DNA of 63,974 nt, counting the filler, from Catajapyx aquilonaris (lineage: Eukaryota): assembly GCA_000934665.2 (NCBI GenBank). It is 3 parts of 3 records of this genome, joined end to end, with 100 filler letters (N's around TTAATTAATTAA, not from the genome) between each part and the next. Parts side by side here need not be neighbours in the genome. Positions count along the whole stretch, not along the records: positions 21,589 to 43,061 come from KZ539464.1; 2 more parts are not named here. The stretch is one strand, 5' to 3'. The translations under genes and the position numbers were made by a program. Shown one piece after another: positions 23,401 through 35,310 of this stretch (position 1 is its first letter; each line of letters opens with the position of its first letter). The notes beneath the pieces were generated by a model. The model ran no database searches. It was not told where the DNA came from and saw only the letters and a program-made list of their open reading frames with translations.

Positions 23401-24716
23401 TATATGTACCCCTACCTTTACCAGCACCCCAACATACCCGGGCAACGCCGGGTAACCTGCTAGTATAATTATAATTGGCTAGGTGTGTTTGTGGGGTGGG
23501 AGGCATGGGTTTGCTTGGGGAGGGGGGTGTGGCCTACCAAAGGAGTCTTACATGTGTCGTACTCTCACCAGGGATCATCCCAACTTGAATAGCAACATTT
23601 GCACTGAGCAAGGTGGGGCGATTTGCATGTTGGGTGTACCCGTCATAATGACGACATATATGGAGGGGGTCTCGCTTAAGAGGCCCAATCTTCCTTAGTA
23701 TTATACTAGCCAACAGGACTGATATGGCCACATGTAGTTCACATGTAGGGCTACAACATACATGAAAACCAGCGAAAAATAAAGGGGTATAATTTTTAAA
23801 ATTAAATGTTTAAAATTTGCAATTTCAATCTTTTTAACGCAACTGTCTACACTCCTCAGTTGTACGTTATTATAGAAAGTCAGCCAACAAAATTGTTGGA
23901 TACGCAATTCGTGTTGTACAGAAATTCACTCATGGAGAATAGGCCCCCATTTAGTTCTTGCCCTAGACCCCGCACCCACCTAGGGCCGGCCCTGCATGAC
24001 TCCCAGAGAGGTTTGCAAGTTTGACGCTCCAAATCATTGGTGTAGGGTGCGTACGGGAATTTTTTGTAATTTTTGGTAACGAACCAAAGCTTTCGGATGA
24101 CTAGTTAGTTGATGAAACTGACACACACAGAGATCATCCTCTGACAATTTAAGCACATCAATCGAAAGAGGACATCAATCTGCATCCAACAGACATGCTT
24201 GAGAAGTGATCGAATGAATGGCAATGCTTACAGAGGCGCCAAAAGCAGCGCGTGTCCCCAGACACCAAAAGGCCGTCAGCGCGCACAGCTGAAGATAATT
24301 ATGAGCAGCTGGTGCCAAAGAACAGCAACACTGAGCAATTTTAAGGTTGGCATTGTTTAGTAGAGATGTTGACCATCCGATTGGTGTGATCAAATACAGT
24401 ATTCCACGAAAAAAAGAATCGCCTCTTCATGTCCACTCTATCGCAAAAATGCCCATAATGAAGATACAGCAGGGTATTCACATCGGGGTATGTGCCATAG
24501 GGCTTGGAAAACTTCAGGAATACTGCCAAAGGCTAAGAAATAACACTCTTGTCAGTCTCTTCCATCCCCATAACAATAACCAGCCATTATCCTCCATTGC
24601 CACAAAAATTAAATGACAAATTATCAGAAGTTCTTGGCGTCCCTAATGGTGTTTTTAAATCAGAAAAATGGCAAAATTGTGAATTCCACATGCATGTTGC
24701 CACAATACCAGAACCC

Positions 24717-25039
24717 TGGGTATCTCAGGACTGGTCCCTCCCCCTCTTATCGCGTTGGGAGGGAAACAGGGAGGTAATGCAGTACGGAAACACAGGCGTA
24801 GCGCTGATCAGGGCCCAGACCGAAGAGAAGCACATCGCGTCGATGCCATCAATGACTAGTTCGAAAGTTCGAAGAGGACGCGCTCAGGCCAAGCAGCTCA
24901 TTGGTTTAAATATGACGCGATGTGCTTCTCTTCGGTTTGGGTCCTGATCAGAGCAACGCCTGTGGTTCCGTACTGCATTACCTCCCTGTTTCCCTCCCAA
25001 CGCGATAAGAGGGGGAGGGACCAGTCCTTAGATACCTAG
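24717..25039. mobile_element. Palindromic MITE, superfamily unassigned
   Basis: Arms of about 125 bp: GGTATCTCAGGACTGGTCCCTCCCCCTCTTATCGCGTTGGGAGGG... / ...CCCTCCCAACGCGATAAGAGGGGGAGGGACCAGTCCTTAGATACC. Confidence 0.85.
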
Positions 25040-25248
25040 TGTCCTAGTCCACGATCAGAACAGACAGGATAAAACTGAGTTTCACTTTTTCATCTCACAT
25101 TTTCAGGAACAACTTGGCAGTTCATGGAAAAAAATACTCTCAAAAACTGAAACAGCAAGTTCAGTTCAAACAGGGGAACAGTTGGGTAGCAGCGCTAAAA
25201 CCTTTACCCACAAGCAATTTTAAAGCATTGTGAGGTACCATGTAGGTA

Positions 25249-25893
25249 CAGTGTTGCACATTAATCGAGGCATACTGCTAGCGACATTTTCCGAAACAGC
25301 AGAAGAAGGAATCGAAGATAAGGATAATGCAAGTTGGGCCATTGCCAATGCAACGTTTTCTAATCAATTTAAGGCAGGGATCCAACTATCTGGCCCTTGG
25401 GAAGCATTCTTTTAAAATAGATGAAGACACGAGTTGTGAATACTGCAACCTCCAATCCCCCTTCACCCTCTGGCACTTATTGCGTGAATGCCCACTGTTT
25501 TCCGCAGTGACTGGTTTGAATCAGCAGTGTTTAGAGCGCTATCCAATTGACCGCTTTCATCTGAGTTGGGCTGACTTGTCAGCGATGGAAGTCTTTCAGC
25601 TGTACCGGGTCCTGACGCAGGTTGGAAGGAGGATCAATTTTTCATGTATTAGTGTTCTTGCTCCACACTGACCTTAGCATCTGTTTTCTTTTTTTGATAT
25701 GTAAACATGATTATGATGGCCTGTCGTCGTCGTCCCCCCCCCCCCCCCCCCCCCCNNNNNNNNNNNNNNNNCCCCAAGGGGGTACCACAAATAAATAAAA
25801 AATAAATAAATAAAAGTTGGGCGAGCAAGATTCCTTCTTCTGCCGCTTCGGAAAATGTCGCTGGCAGTATGCCTCGATTAATGTCTAACACTG
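25249..25893. mobile_element. TA-flanked MITE containing a LINE 3' end
   Basis: TIRs of about 65 bp, CAGTGTT..ACATTAATCGAGGCATACTGC.AGCGACATTTTCCGAA.C.GCAGAAGAAGGAATC; another copy of this end lies at about 42885-42950. Confidence 0.85.
25340..25813 (+). mobile_element. 5'-truncated non-LTR retrotransposon (3' end)
   Basis: C-terminal zinc knuckle CEYCNLQSPFTLWHLLRECP, (TAAA)n tail, 9-bp TSD AAGTTGGGC (25331-25339, 25814-25822). Confidence 0.85.
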
Positions 25894-25920
25894 TACAAAA
25901 TTGACCTTTCAGTTACTAAC

Positions 25921-28839
25921 CTATTGTCCTTCCCTGGGTGTTTCTGTATGAGTTCCAGGCGGTGGTTTTTGGCATACAGCATGAAGGCATTCATGGGTCT
26001 CTTTGGTCTCTCCAGGCCACCATTTACATTGTTGTGATTCTGGGCCTTTTTGGTTGGGGAGGTAGGAGGGGAGAGTAGGAGGTAGTCTTGGCGTGCAGAT
26101 GGGGGAGGTGGTGGGGGTGGGGGAGGTGGTGGAGGAGCAAAGCTGGCAGCCTCAGATGGTGCAAAGTTGAAGCTGAAAAGAAGCAATCTCTAGTTATTAT
26201 GAGAGTTAGCAAATGTTTCCTTAACCCTGGAATCATGTCAAATGAATTAATATGCATAGCAAATAGTGACCTTGAAACAATAATGACTTGAAACTCCGTG
26301 TATACCTCAAAAAAACTTCATTTCATGGATCAAATCCGGTTTCATAATTTTCACACCTACCAAAATGTAGATAAGTCATTGTTTTTGGACCCATGCTCTC
26401 GTGGGGTCCAAAAGGACCCCATGTCACGGTTATACACGAAAGAAAACTGTCCACTACAAAAATGCACTGTTGCCATTTTAAAAATGTATACTGGGTGTAT
26501 CAGAGTCACGGGTCAAGCGCTCGCAAGGGGGCGGGGAAAAATCGTAGGTGGAGATAACCCCGGTCAGTTTCGTAAAATAATTAGAAATAAGGGAGTTTCA
26601 ATTTTTGATTACGGCGTGACGTCACGCCCTTTTCGTTCGAATTGAGAGGCGCGGAAAGGCGAGTACGGTACATTCATTTGAGTAATGATAATTTTCATAG
26701 AGATCGTAAGAAAACCTCGCCTTATACCGGCATACCTCGCTTAGACCAGATCGTGCATTTCTAAAAACTAGTAGACCTCGCCTACACCGGAATGCCGCAA
26801 TATGAGAGGTAATACGGTACTTATTTATGATTGCCCAAATGGTAATTTCTGAATTTCAAATAACTGATGGGTTTGGCTGAGCTGTCCATAGTCAGATCGA
26901 GAACTCCAGTTTGTGGAGCGTTTTTTTCGGAGACCCACATTTCCTTGCCAAGTGGCTCCAGCATATATTTATTAACCTCCTGACGCCCCGCGTACAGCCC
27001 TCTAGCCATTGGGTTTTAAAAATTTTTAAAAAAATTTAAAAATTAAATTAAAACAATTAAAAAATTTTTTAAAAATGTTAAAAAAAATCTGGGCTTCAGG
27101 AGGTTAAAATGCAAATGATGTCAGTACCCAAATGAGACTAGCATTTTTGTCAGTTCTTTACCATCCTATGATAATAATGCAAAAGTAATCTTCTTTACCT
27201 CTTGAGGCTATCACAGATGTCAGGTGTGGAAACTGCAACATGATGTCCTCCTCCAGCCTGCATGCATATATCCCCTGGCTCCAAAGTAAGGCAGTGTGAA
27301 AGTCCGTAGGCCTGCACAGCATGCTGGGGTGAAGGGGCTGCCCATCCCTTCTCCCTCACCCTAAATGGATGTGCAGAAGTTACCTCTGCCACTAGACCTG
27401 GCTGGTCTGAGGTCACTGGGCGCATATGCAAAGTAACTTTTCCTTTCGATCCAATAGCAGTGACCTCACGCACTTCCAATCCAAAGGGTGCATATGACAG
27501 CTGTGTAGGTGAGGCAAGGTCATCCACAGACTGCCAGGGAGAAGAATCCTCATAGAGGAATTTCACACGAGAACCTTGAAAAAAAGGGAGACAGATGTCA
27601 GTTGATGGGCCACTGCCTCCAATTTTTTTCTTTAAATTAGGTACGGCACAGTTCATTTATTTATTTATTTATTTATTTATTAGATTACCCCGGACTGGAG
27701 CAGAGCTCCTATGGGGGGGACAACCACAGTTCATAATTTCATAATGCCAGACAGTCATAATAATACTTAATTAGAGACCAAAAAAAATTTAACAGTTGTC
27801 ATCCTTTGACCACAGAAAAAAAGCCCAATGATACAATTTCTTTGCAGCATGGTGGGTGTCTGCCCCCACCCACGCCTGGGACCTGACAGGAGAGAGATTG
27901 ATGTGAAAGGGTGGGTGGGGTGAAGAACTAAACTCCAAATTCACCTCCTGCCCTCAGGATACAGAGATACTCCCATAATGAAATTCTATCAGGAGCTTCT
28001 TTTCAATGGGTCATCTCAGTTGACACCTTTTCTAATGAAATGACAACCCTCAATTACCTGGCAGGAAGCAATGCCAGACAGGCCTAAGCGTGTCTCCAGT
28101 TGCAGCAGCAATAGAAGACCACACCTCTCCAAAGGTCAGTTCCTCTCTGCTGCTGCCTAAGGAAGACGATGGCTGGGATGGTGCAGGGCTCAACAATGCA
28201 CTGGGTGGCCAGCAGGAAGGGTACAATTGGCAACCCAGCCAAAGAGCAGATGCTGGGGCTGACCCAGGTGCAGAACTGGGGTTCCATGGTAAGGGGGGTG
28301 GAGTTAACCCAACAATAGCACTTCGGGTTGATGAAGGAGATGGGTTGGTGGGAGTGTTTGGAGGTACCCCAGGGTTGGAACAGCGTCGCTCACGGACTGC
28401 TTGGTTGTCTGCATCCACTTGGCAGGTGCTGGCCAGCAGCGTTGGTGGCGGCGACTCATCTGGAGCATTGCCAGTGACTGTGGTACCAATGGGGCTTGGT
28501 GGAGGTAGTGGGCTGCCATCGTAGACTGACCAACTGTGTGCGCTTTCAAAGTCACAGATCAAACATACAGGTAAGCTATCATGCACTATCTTTTACACAA
28601 GAACAAGGCCTTGTTGTTACTGACCGTTTTCTGAAAGGGAGATTCTTTTGCACCAGTGGACTCCTGGGACTGGTGGCAATGGAATTTAAGTCCTTGAGCA
28701 GGTCCACTTGTGTGGTGGGGTTGAGATCCAAGGGAGGGGGTATGGGCTTCAACTTCTTGCTTGACTTCAGACTCAGATCCTTGGGGATATCTTCCTCAGG
28801 CAAAGGCACTACATCCAACTTTGTCCTCGTGCTGTCCAT
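25921..28839 (-). CDS. HBP1: HBP1-like AXH-domain + HMG-box transcription factor (last HMG exon not found in the scaffold)
   Basis: Phase-compatible exons 28864-28625 (ATG 28839), 28542-28058, 27574-27199 and 26172-25921. AXH domain WHCFLPGSRVKF...WQSVDDLA...HPFRVREKGW...GDIC; HMG box KRPMNAFMLYAKNHRLELIQKHPGKDNR versus recalled human HBP1 KRPMNAFMLFAKKYRVEYTQMYPGKDNR. Confidence 0.9.
26976..27103. mobile_element. Minimal piggyBac-like MITE
   Basis: TTAA|CCTCCTGACGCCC ... GGGCTTCAGGAGG|TTAA. Confidence 0.75.
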
Positions 28840-29261
28840 TTGCTTATGTTGTACTTTTTGTAATCTGCAAGATGGGACCACCTATTCAGCAAGATTGAAG
28901 GAAAGAATGTACTTGCAATGTCACAAAATGACTTTGTTTTTAAGCTAATAAAATGGGAACAAGAAATATTGTAGTATGAATTTCGGGTCAAAGAAATGTT
29001 CTGTGGTATCCTCCTACCCACTTTCTTATGCATGCAATCATGCCACACTTTCATCAAAGTACAAATGAACAGTGGCATGTACACAACCCGTCAACCAAAA
29101 TCTAGCTCTTCTTGATTCAAGCTCTTGACATCTACTGTGCCTTGGCTTTGCAATAGCACTAAAAACATTCAAATCACAGAAGCTGTTATATCATATATTT
29201 ACTGCGTAACCTACTCGCAACTGTCAGTCCTTGTCTCTGTAATGCACAATGTGGTCACGAC

Positions 29262-29557
29262 TTTCCTCAGATTTTGAAGACAAAAAGTAGTGAATTTCAC
29301 TTTGAATGACACACCAAACGAACGACTAGATTCCCCAGTTATAGATTCACTTTGTTTTAAGTGCACATAATTGCCCCTTTTGTCGGGGTAGCATCCTGCT
29401 ACCCTGACAAATGTGACCTCCTTTTAGGAAAATGCAGACTCATGTGGACTTGAAACGAAGTGAGTCTATAACTGGGGAGTCTAGTCTTCGTTTAATGTGT
29501 GATTCGAAGTGACATTTTGTGTAATCCACAACTCTTTGTCTTTAAAATGAGAGGAAT
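29262..29557. mobile_element. Degenerate palindromic MITE
   Basis: GACTAGATTCCCCAGTTATAGATTCACTT is mirrored by AAGTGAGTCTATAACTGGGGAGTCTAGTC; the outer arms also pair. Confidence 0.7.
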
Positions 29558-30329
29558 GTTATGACATATGTGAGTAATGGAAGCCTCAACAAAGACACCT
29601 GGCACCGGCATTTTAAGGTCACATTCAAATTGCTACATGAAAGCAAATAGTACTTAGCCATAGGTATTTTATGCACAGCTTAAAATCTAGATGAGCCTGA
29701 ATGTGGAAATGCAGTGACCTTTCTTCCATGACCTTGTAGCCGACTGAATACACACAAAAAGGTGGCAAGCAAACACTCGACTTGAGTACCTACCCGGTAT
29801 AAAACCCATCTCAATTGAATCCACCAAGGCGATTTTTATTATCGTTCAGACATTACTTTCTTACATTAGGGCAGATTTAACACGACTCTGCCAATTTGCT
29901 TTTTCCATTTTTGTCCAAGCAATCCTGCATTTGGACACACTGTGCAATGGTGCAAATGCCTATTTTCAGAATGATTCTTATGGAAAGTGAAATAACTATT
30001 CGTAATATCTATGTTAATCATGACATAATGTCACAACTAACAATATATTACAGGCTTGTGACATCAGTGCCCTTCTGATTGCAGCAATTTCATGACACTA
30101 GTAGGTGCCCTGTAAAATTTTCATAATTTTCACCATTATCCCGGCATCTTTGGTGTCCAACAACAGTCGTGGAACAATCATATCACTCTATACACTATGC
30201 AGCACAAGTTAGGGATATTTTTTGGGTCGTCTACTGTAAACGAACTGGCGGACCAAAGTGAACGAAAATTGGCCCAGGTCTAGAACTGACCCTTATTTAT
30301 GTGTGGTCCAAAGTGTAAGCCCATGTTCC

Positions 30330-31100
30330 ATGCACCATCCCATTTCCCTCTTCACAACCATCAGAGGCAGGCAACTGGTACGGGCTTTCAAGCAAAATAA
30401 AGAGGGAAATGTGTTGACATCAAAATGTTCTCACAGTAATTTTGTGTTTGGGGTTAGGAACAGGGGCAAGAAAATGGAATGTCTAGCTCTTCGAACATCA
30501 TCAATACGCTTTACAGCATCACTATGGATATCACATACAACATCCTCTGCCATAACTTTATTGACGGCAGCATGATCATGCCCTGAGGAGCAACTAAAGG
30601 GGAATGTTGCTCCATTTTGACTCTCCATGACCTCAGACTGGGCACCGACCCCAATTAACAGTGCTTCAAATTCTTGGAAATTGCACCTTGTGACAATGGC
30701 AATGATTATTTTTTGCCTGGAACCAGTCCAGAGATCCCAAAACACAATCCAGACCATTTGGCATGCAGAGAGATTATTTTTGTCCCAAATTAATGCTTAA
30801 AAGGGGCCATTTTGACAGAATTGTTGGGAAAGGTGGCCAAAAGTTTTTGATTGATCGCAACAGTTTCCAACAATTTTTAACCTGATATGAGTTCCTCTCG
30901 GCCAAGATGACCTCTGTGCCATGTTCTTGACACCAAGTCTGTGATTGTGGAGTTGAAGATGGGCTGTAATATCTGAAGAGAGGTAACCTTAGGAGCACTC
31001 TGACCATCAAATGGGCAAATCAATTTGGTCTGTCCATGGAAAATGAAGTATACGAGCCACATATTCACATGACCTGAGAGGTGGACATTTGCAGTTGAGT
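30330..31100 (-). pseudogene. Possible decayed LINE C-terminal region
   Basis: Broken minus-strand frames including LKARTSCLPL, which resembles non-LTR ORF2 C-termini; weak. Confidence 0.3.
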
Positions 31101-31231
31101 TTGGCCCAGCTCATGCTTATATTGTCAAGGCACCATATAAACAAGTTGAGCACACTTTCAGACTATGTGATCAGTCAATGGTCATATAATTGTTGTGGTT
31201 TGTCAACAATGAAAATTGTGACTTTTTCATA

Positions 31232-31971
31232 CATTAGGTGAATAAAATGAAACCTGTTCTTGGCATCTGGAGCAAATACTGTTGAACGCAGGGACTTGAA
31301 ATTTCTACCACAGCAAGATAGTACCAATACCTTCTAAATGTATAGCTATGAGCCCGCATGCGCATACTAAGAATGCCGCTGCAGGCAATCCAAGATGGCG
31401 TGCGCCATGTCGAGCGTGCACAAGCGGTATCAGCAAATTGGTCTTCAATATCTGACGGCCAAGGGCAATAAAATCGGGAAAATCCATTGGACGATGCCTA
31501 TGGTGTACGGTGCCAGCTGTGTGGCAAAGACAACCCTCATGGAGTTGTGCCGGTGATTCCGACATGGCAGAAAATCCAGAGCTGCCATTCCTTGGCCAGG
31601 CCAGGCCCTGGCCCCAATCACACCTGCCATCATTACACGTGTGGACCAGCTGATAAGGGAGGATTGTGGGTGTCTCTGGCTTATTTGGCTGCACCATACA
31701 CTGTAAGCATCCCCAACAGATTTCAGTGGGTCTATTGCCCTTGGCCGTCAGAAATCGAAGAACGATGCTCTGATACTGCTTGGGCACGCTCGACAGGGCG
31801 CACACCATCTTTGATTGGCTGTGGCGGCAAGAACGGCATGCGTGCGCAGGCTCTTACCTATGCATTTAGGAGTTATCGGTATTATCTCTATGTGGTAGAA
31901 ATTTCACGTCCCTGCATTCAATGGTATTCACTCTAGATGCCAAGAACAGGTTTTACTTGATTCACCCAAAT
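31232..31971. mobile_element. mariner-derived foldback MITE (head-to-head 5' ends, diverged)
   Basis: Imperfect arms of about 290 bp (AAACCTGTTCTTGGCATCT / AGATGCCAAGAACAGGTTT); the arms encode a transposase N-terminus, IVLRFLTAKGNRPTEI. Confidence 0.85.
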
Positions 31972-32027
31972 ACATGGTTTTGAATGAGACTTTGCCCTAG
32001 TTTTTTGAACGATTTGTTTAGAAGATA

Positions 32028-32785
32028 CAGTGTGCACAGCTTAATTGATGCCCTGGTTTATTGGACCCCCGCATTTTTGGACCAAATCGCCAGGACCAGA
32101 ATCAAATCAATACCATCGATGTAATTTTTTCCCCCATAGCTGGTGATTTCCCTGGTTAGTCGGACCAGTTTGGTTGCTATAATGCTATACTACTGTACTG
32201 CACATGACGCCTATAGGGTTTGTGATTAAGGGACCATTCCGAAGTCATTTTCAGTAGTGCATACAGGGTTGAACATACCATTACTGATCAAGTGGCAGCC
32301 AAGTACCAAAAGGAGGAGGATGACCAAGAAAGTGAGGAGGATGAAACACTTGCGCCCATTCCAGTGACAGCCACAGAAGTGCGGAATTCTGTGGCTATTT
32401 TCAGACGATTTTTTATGCAAGTAGGGAATGACAGCGGTCCTGTAACTGCACTCGACACCTGCGTGGACTTTGTTAACATGAAGTCAAAAACAAGAACCCA
32501 GCAGGTGTTACTATACAATTGTTACAGCGGAGTGAGCAGTAAAATTACTGTACAGTCGTACAGTACTTTGCACTTCCATGACATTTGCATGACACAGTCA
32601 CTTTTATACAACGATTTTACCTTCACCTGTTGCGCAATCATTTATGAGGATTAAAGCTGGTAGTGCAGTCTAATTTTTTGCGTTTTTTCCCCGTAATTTC
32701 ACATGAACCCCGGTTAATCAAACCCCCGCTTTATTGGGCCAAAATGCTGTGGCCCCGATGTGGTCCAAATAAGCGGGGTGCACTG
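32028..32785 (+). mobile_element. pogo/Tigger-like deletion derivative
   Basis: TA|CAGTGTGCAC... and ...GCGGGGTGCACTG|TA; retains the acidic C-terminal transposase segment EEDDQESEEDETLAPIPVTATEVRNSVAIFRRFF. Confidence 0.75.
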
Positions 32786-34809
32786 TATATAGCATCAAAC
32801 AGTGGGGTCACGGTCGATACTATATTATAACATTGGCTACCTTGAGTTACTTTGAAAATCAAGAAAGTGCACAGTACTCTTCACTACTCCTATAATTGTG
32901 CATTGCAGCATGACTTTCCATTTATGACGTTCACATCAGAGCATGGCATCCCTTGGGCATGTTAACTTCCAAACCTACAAAAGTTTTTATTGATTACTCT
33001 AATTTCTGAAAATGTGTCTACTGACATTCTGATTTCAAAATCCTCCAATTACCGCCATGTCTGCGGGAAATTATTCTAACTTCCTTAACCTGTTGCGGGC
33101 GATGAACATCATATAGTGATATGCAGATTTTTTAATTTGGCGCGCTAAAATGTGCACAGAGGATTCGAACTTTGCAGGTCCAAATGAGGTTCACTATACT
33201 CCAGCCATCTCTTGGATGGTGACTAAACTACCATGACATCCCCCACAATCCATTGGGCGGGAGCCAAGCTGAGTCGAACATGCCAAGGTCATGCAGCTGC
33301 CTCTTCATCTTCCATGCAAACAAACTCCCTGAGAACAGGGTGTACCGTAAAGTCCGGACCCTTGGGAGTTTCTCAAAGTACAGTGTTGTGGTAATATTAT
33401 GTAACCATAATAACAGGGTATAGTGACTACGTAAACTCGGTAGGCCTATCGACATTCTGAGATCCAGGCGATTCTTCACAAATTATTTCTGGAACACCCT
33501 GTAGATGAATTTTTTCCGGCATTTTACATTCAAAAGGACCACCACGAATTAAAATGATTAATTTTGGCGCTAAGTTGTTATTCATTAATATCAGTCCTAC
33601 ATCGAATTTTGGAAAAAAAGAAAAGAAAAGCCACAAAAACAACAAGAAATTTAGTCCTCAACACGTTTTAAGACTCCCTCATCTTCCCTGACTTCCATTA
33701 AGACTTCCTATAACTTCCTTCAAGGTGTACCAGTGACTTTCCAAGTGGCTTACCCATCACCAGGTCTCAGGTCCCAGGCTGCGGATCCTGGTCCCTGAGA
33801 CATTCATGTTGGTGTGTCTGTGTGGCTCTGGAGTGATAACATTACTGTCTGTCTTGTGCACCGCAGGCCAAGAAAAGTTATAATGGCTTTGCCAATAAGC
33901 ACCCAGTATGCGATGCTCGCATCTAAAACCATTGGGGAACTCAACAGACCATGCCTGGTAGGGCCACAAGACAGAAAGGAATGGTGCGGTCACGTAAAAG
34001 CTACACAGATACACCAACACTGGGATCCAGGACCCGCTGCATGGTCCTGGAGCAGCAAAGCATTAGAGCGATTTCAAAATCTCTATCAAAAACCACTTCC
34101 TGTTGATTCTCTCTCTCTGAAAATGGTCTTTCCTTACTGTAATAGTGTGACGTACCAAGTAAGCATTTGTCCTAGTAAAACCAGTAGATTTTCTGTATTC
34201 ATTGGTCACCTCTTCTTCATAATAACCTCGATTATAACCTTCATTTCCACATGGTTTTTCACTATTATTTTACACACATCCTGAACTCTGTGCTATGTTC
34301 CTGATTAATATTCCTTTAGTAAAATGCACATAAGTTGCATAATTTATAATCCCAACTTATGCATAACTACACTAACATTTAACTACCATGTTGATTGCGT
34401 TTTAAACATAAAGAGCCATCCCAAATGCAGGCATCCCACTCTTGGGACGGCGCATGGACTTATCTTTAATCCGTCTGTCAGGGTTGGTTTGGTACCAGCC
34501 AGTAATCCAACCAAGCTTCAGTCCTCATTTTAACTCTAAATTACCTCAATATTTATAAATTTCCAGGCCAGCTTCAGCACATATCGTTGGGTCCAATTGA
34601 GTGTCTAAAGCAATTTCCTGTCTCCCTCTCGATCCCTCCTGCCCACCACTTGGTAATCGGTCCTCCCTCCGTGCTCTCTTTCTTGCCTTCCTAATCCGCC
34701 ATGATTGTTTTCCTTTCTTCCTGACAGCTACCTCCCCATTGGCCCGCAAGGGATCACGTCCCAAAGCCCATTGGTCCGAGCAGGCGAGCACCTCAGGCTT
34801 GGCAGGCAT

Positions 34810-35310
34810 CTCGGAAGATGGCGCGCAGGGCGGGTATTTCCGAATATGAGGGATTAGAAGGTATGGCCAGGTCCACGCGGGTCCAGGCCAGGTCCGTTGA
34901 TGTCATTTTAGGTGAAGCGCCCGTACAGTACCTTCGCTAATGATAATAGTTAGTCCCAATTTTTTAAAAAACTCAGATTATTTTAAATCTCTTGATAACG
35001 TATAATTTTACAACCATTGTTTAATGATGTAAGGAGCAGCAATACGCCCTATACTGATGGACGCACATATTATGACACATGATTCTAACAACTACGTAAA
35101 TATGGCTAGATTACTATAATACATCAAGGGGGAATCAAAGTAAAGATTCCGTTCTTCGCCTCTCCAATCTGAGGTTTGAAATCTCCTCAGCGCCTTTGCA
35201 TGATTTTGTTATTAGCTACCTAATCCACTAGAGGTGCTGGTCATCGGCTTGTACTTGTACATACCGTTTCGAATTCACCAATCCTCTTGCCTGTTGTGAG
35301 TTTCCGTCAG
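34810..35310. promoter_or_regulatory. Candidate bidirectional promoter between HBP1 (-) and CCDC9-like (+)
   Basis: Head-to-head layout; AAGATGGCG (YY1-like) at about 34815; CTCF-like CCACTAGAGGTGCTG at 35225-35239; minus-strand splice donor at about 34544. Confidence 0.5.

Larger units (their letters stand above)
21836..23463 (+). mobile_element. Non-autonomous Helitron (composite, with nested MITEs)
   Basis: 5' A|TCTATATCTATAAATAAGGAAGTTTGTCAGTTTGTTTGTC; 3' hairpin CCCGGGCAACGCCGGG followed by CTAG|T; no TSD. Confidence 0.75.

Noticed and set aside
23534..23731. AISVLLA looks like the missing HMG continuation of HBP1 (AISVILG)
   Set aside because: No AG acceptor in front of it and the following residues are not HMG-like; the real exon is probably beyond the scaffold end.
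28090..28948. Long plus-strand ORFs over HBP1, and similar antisense ORFs over the SDR, EGF and TPR exons
   Set aside because: Antisense shadows of real coding exons.
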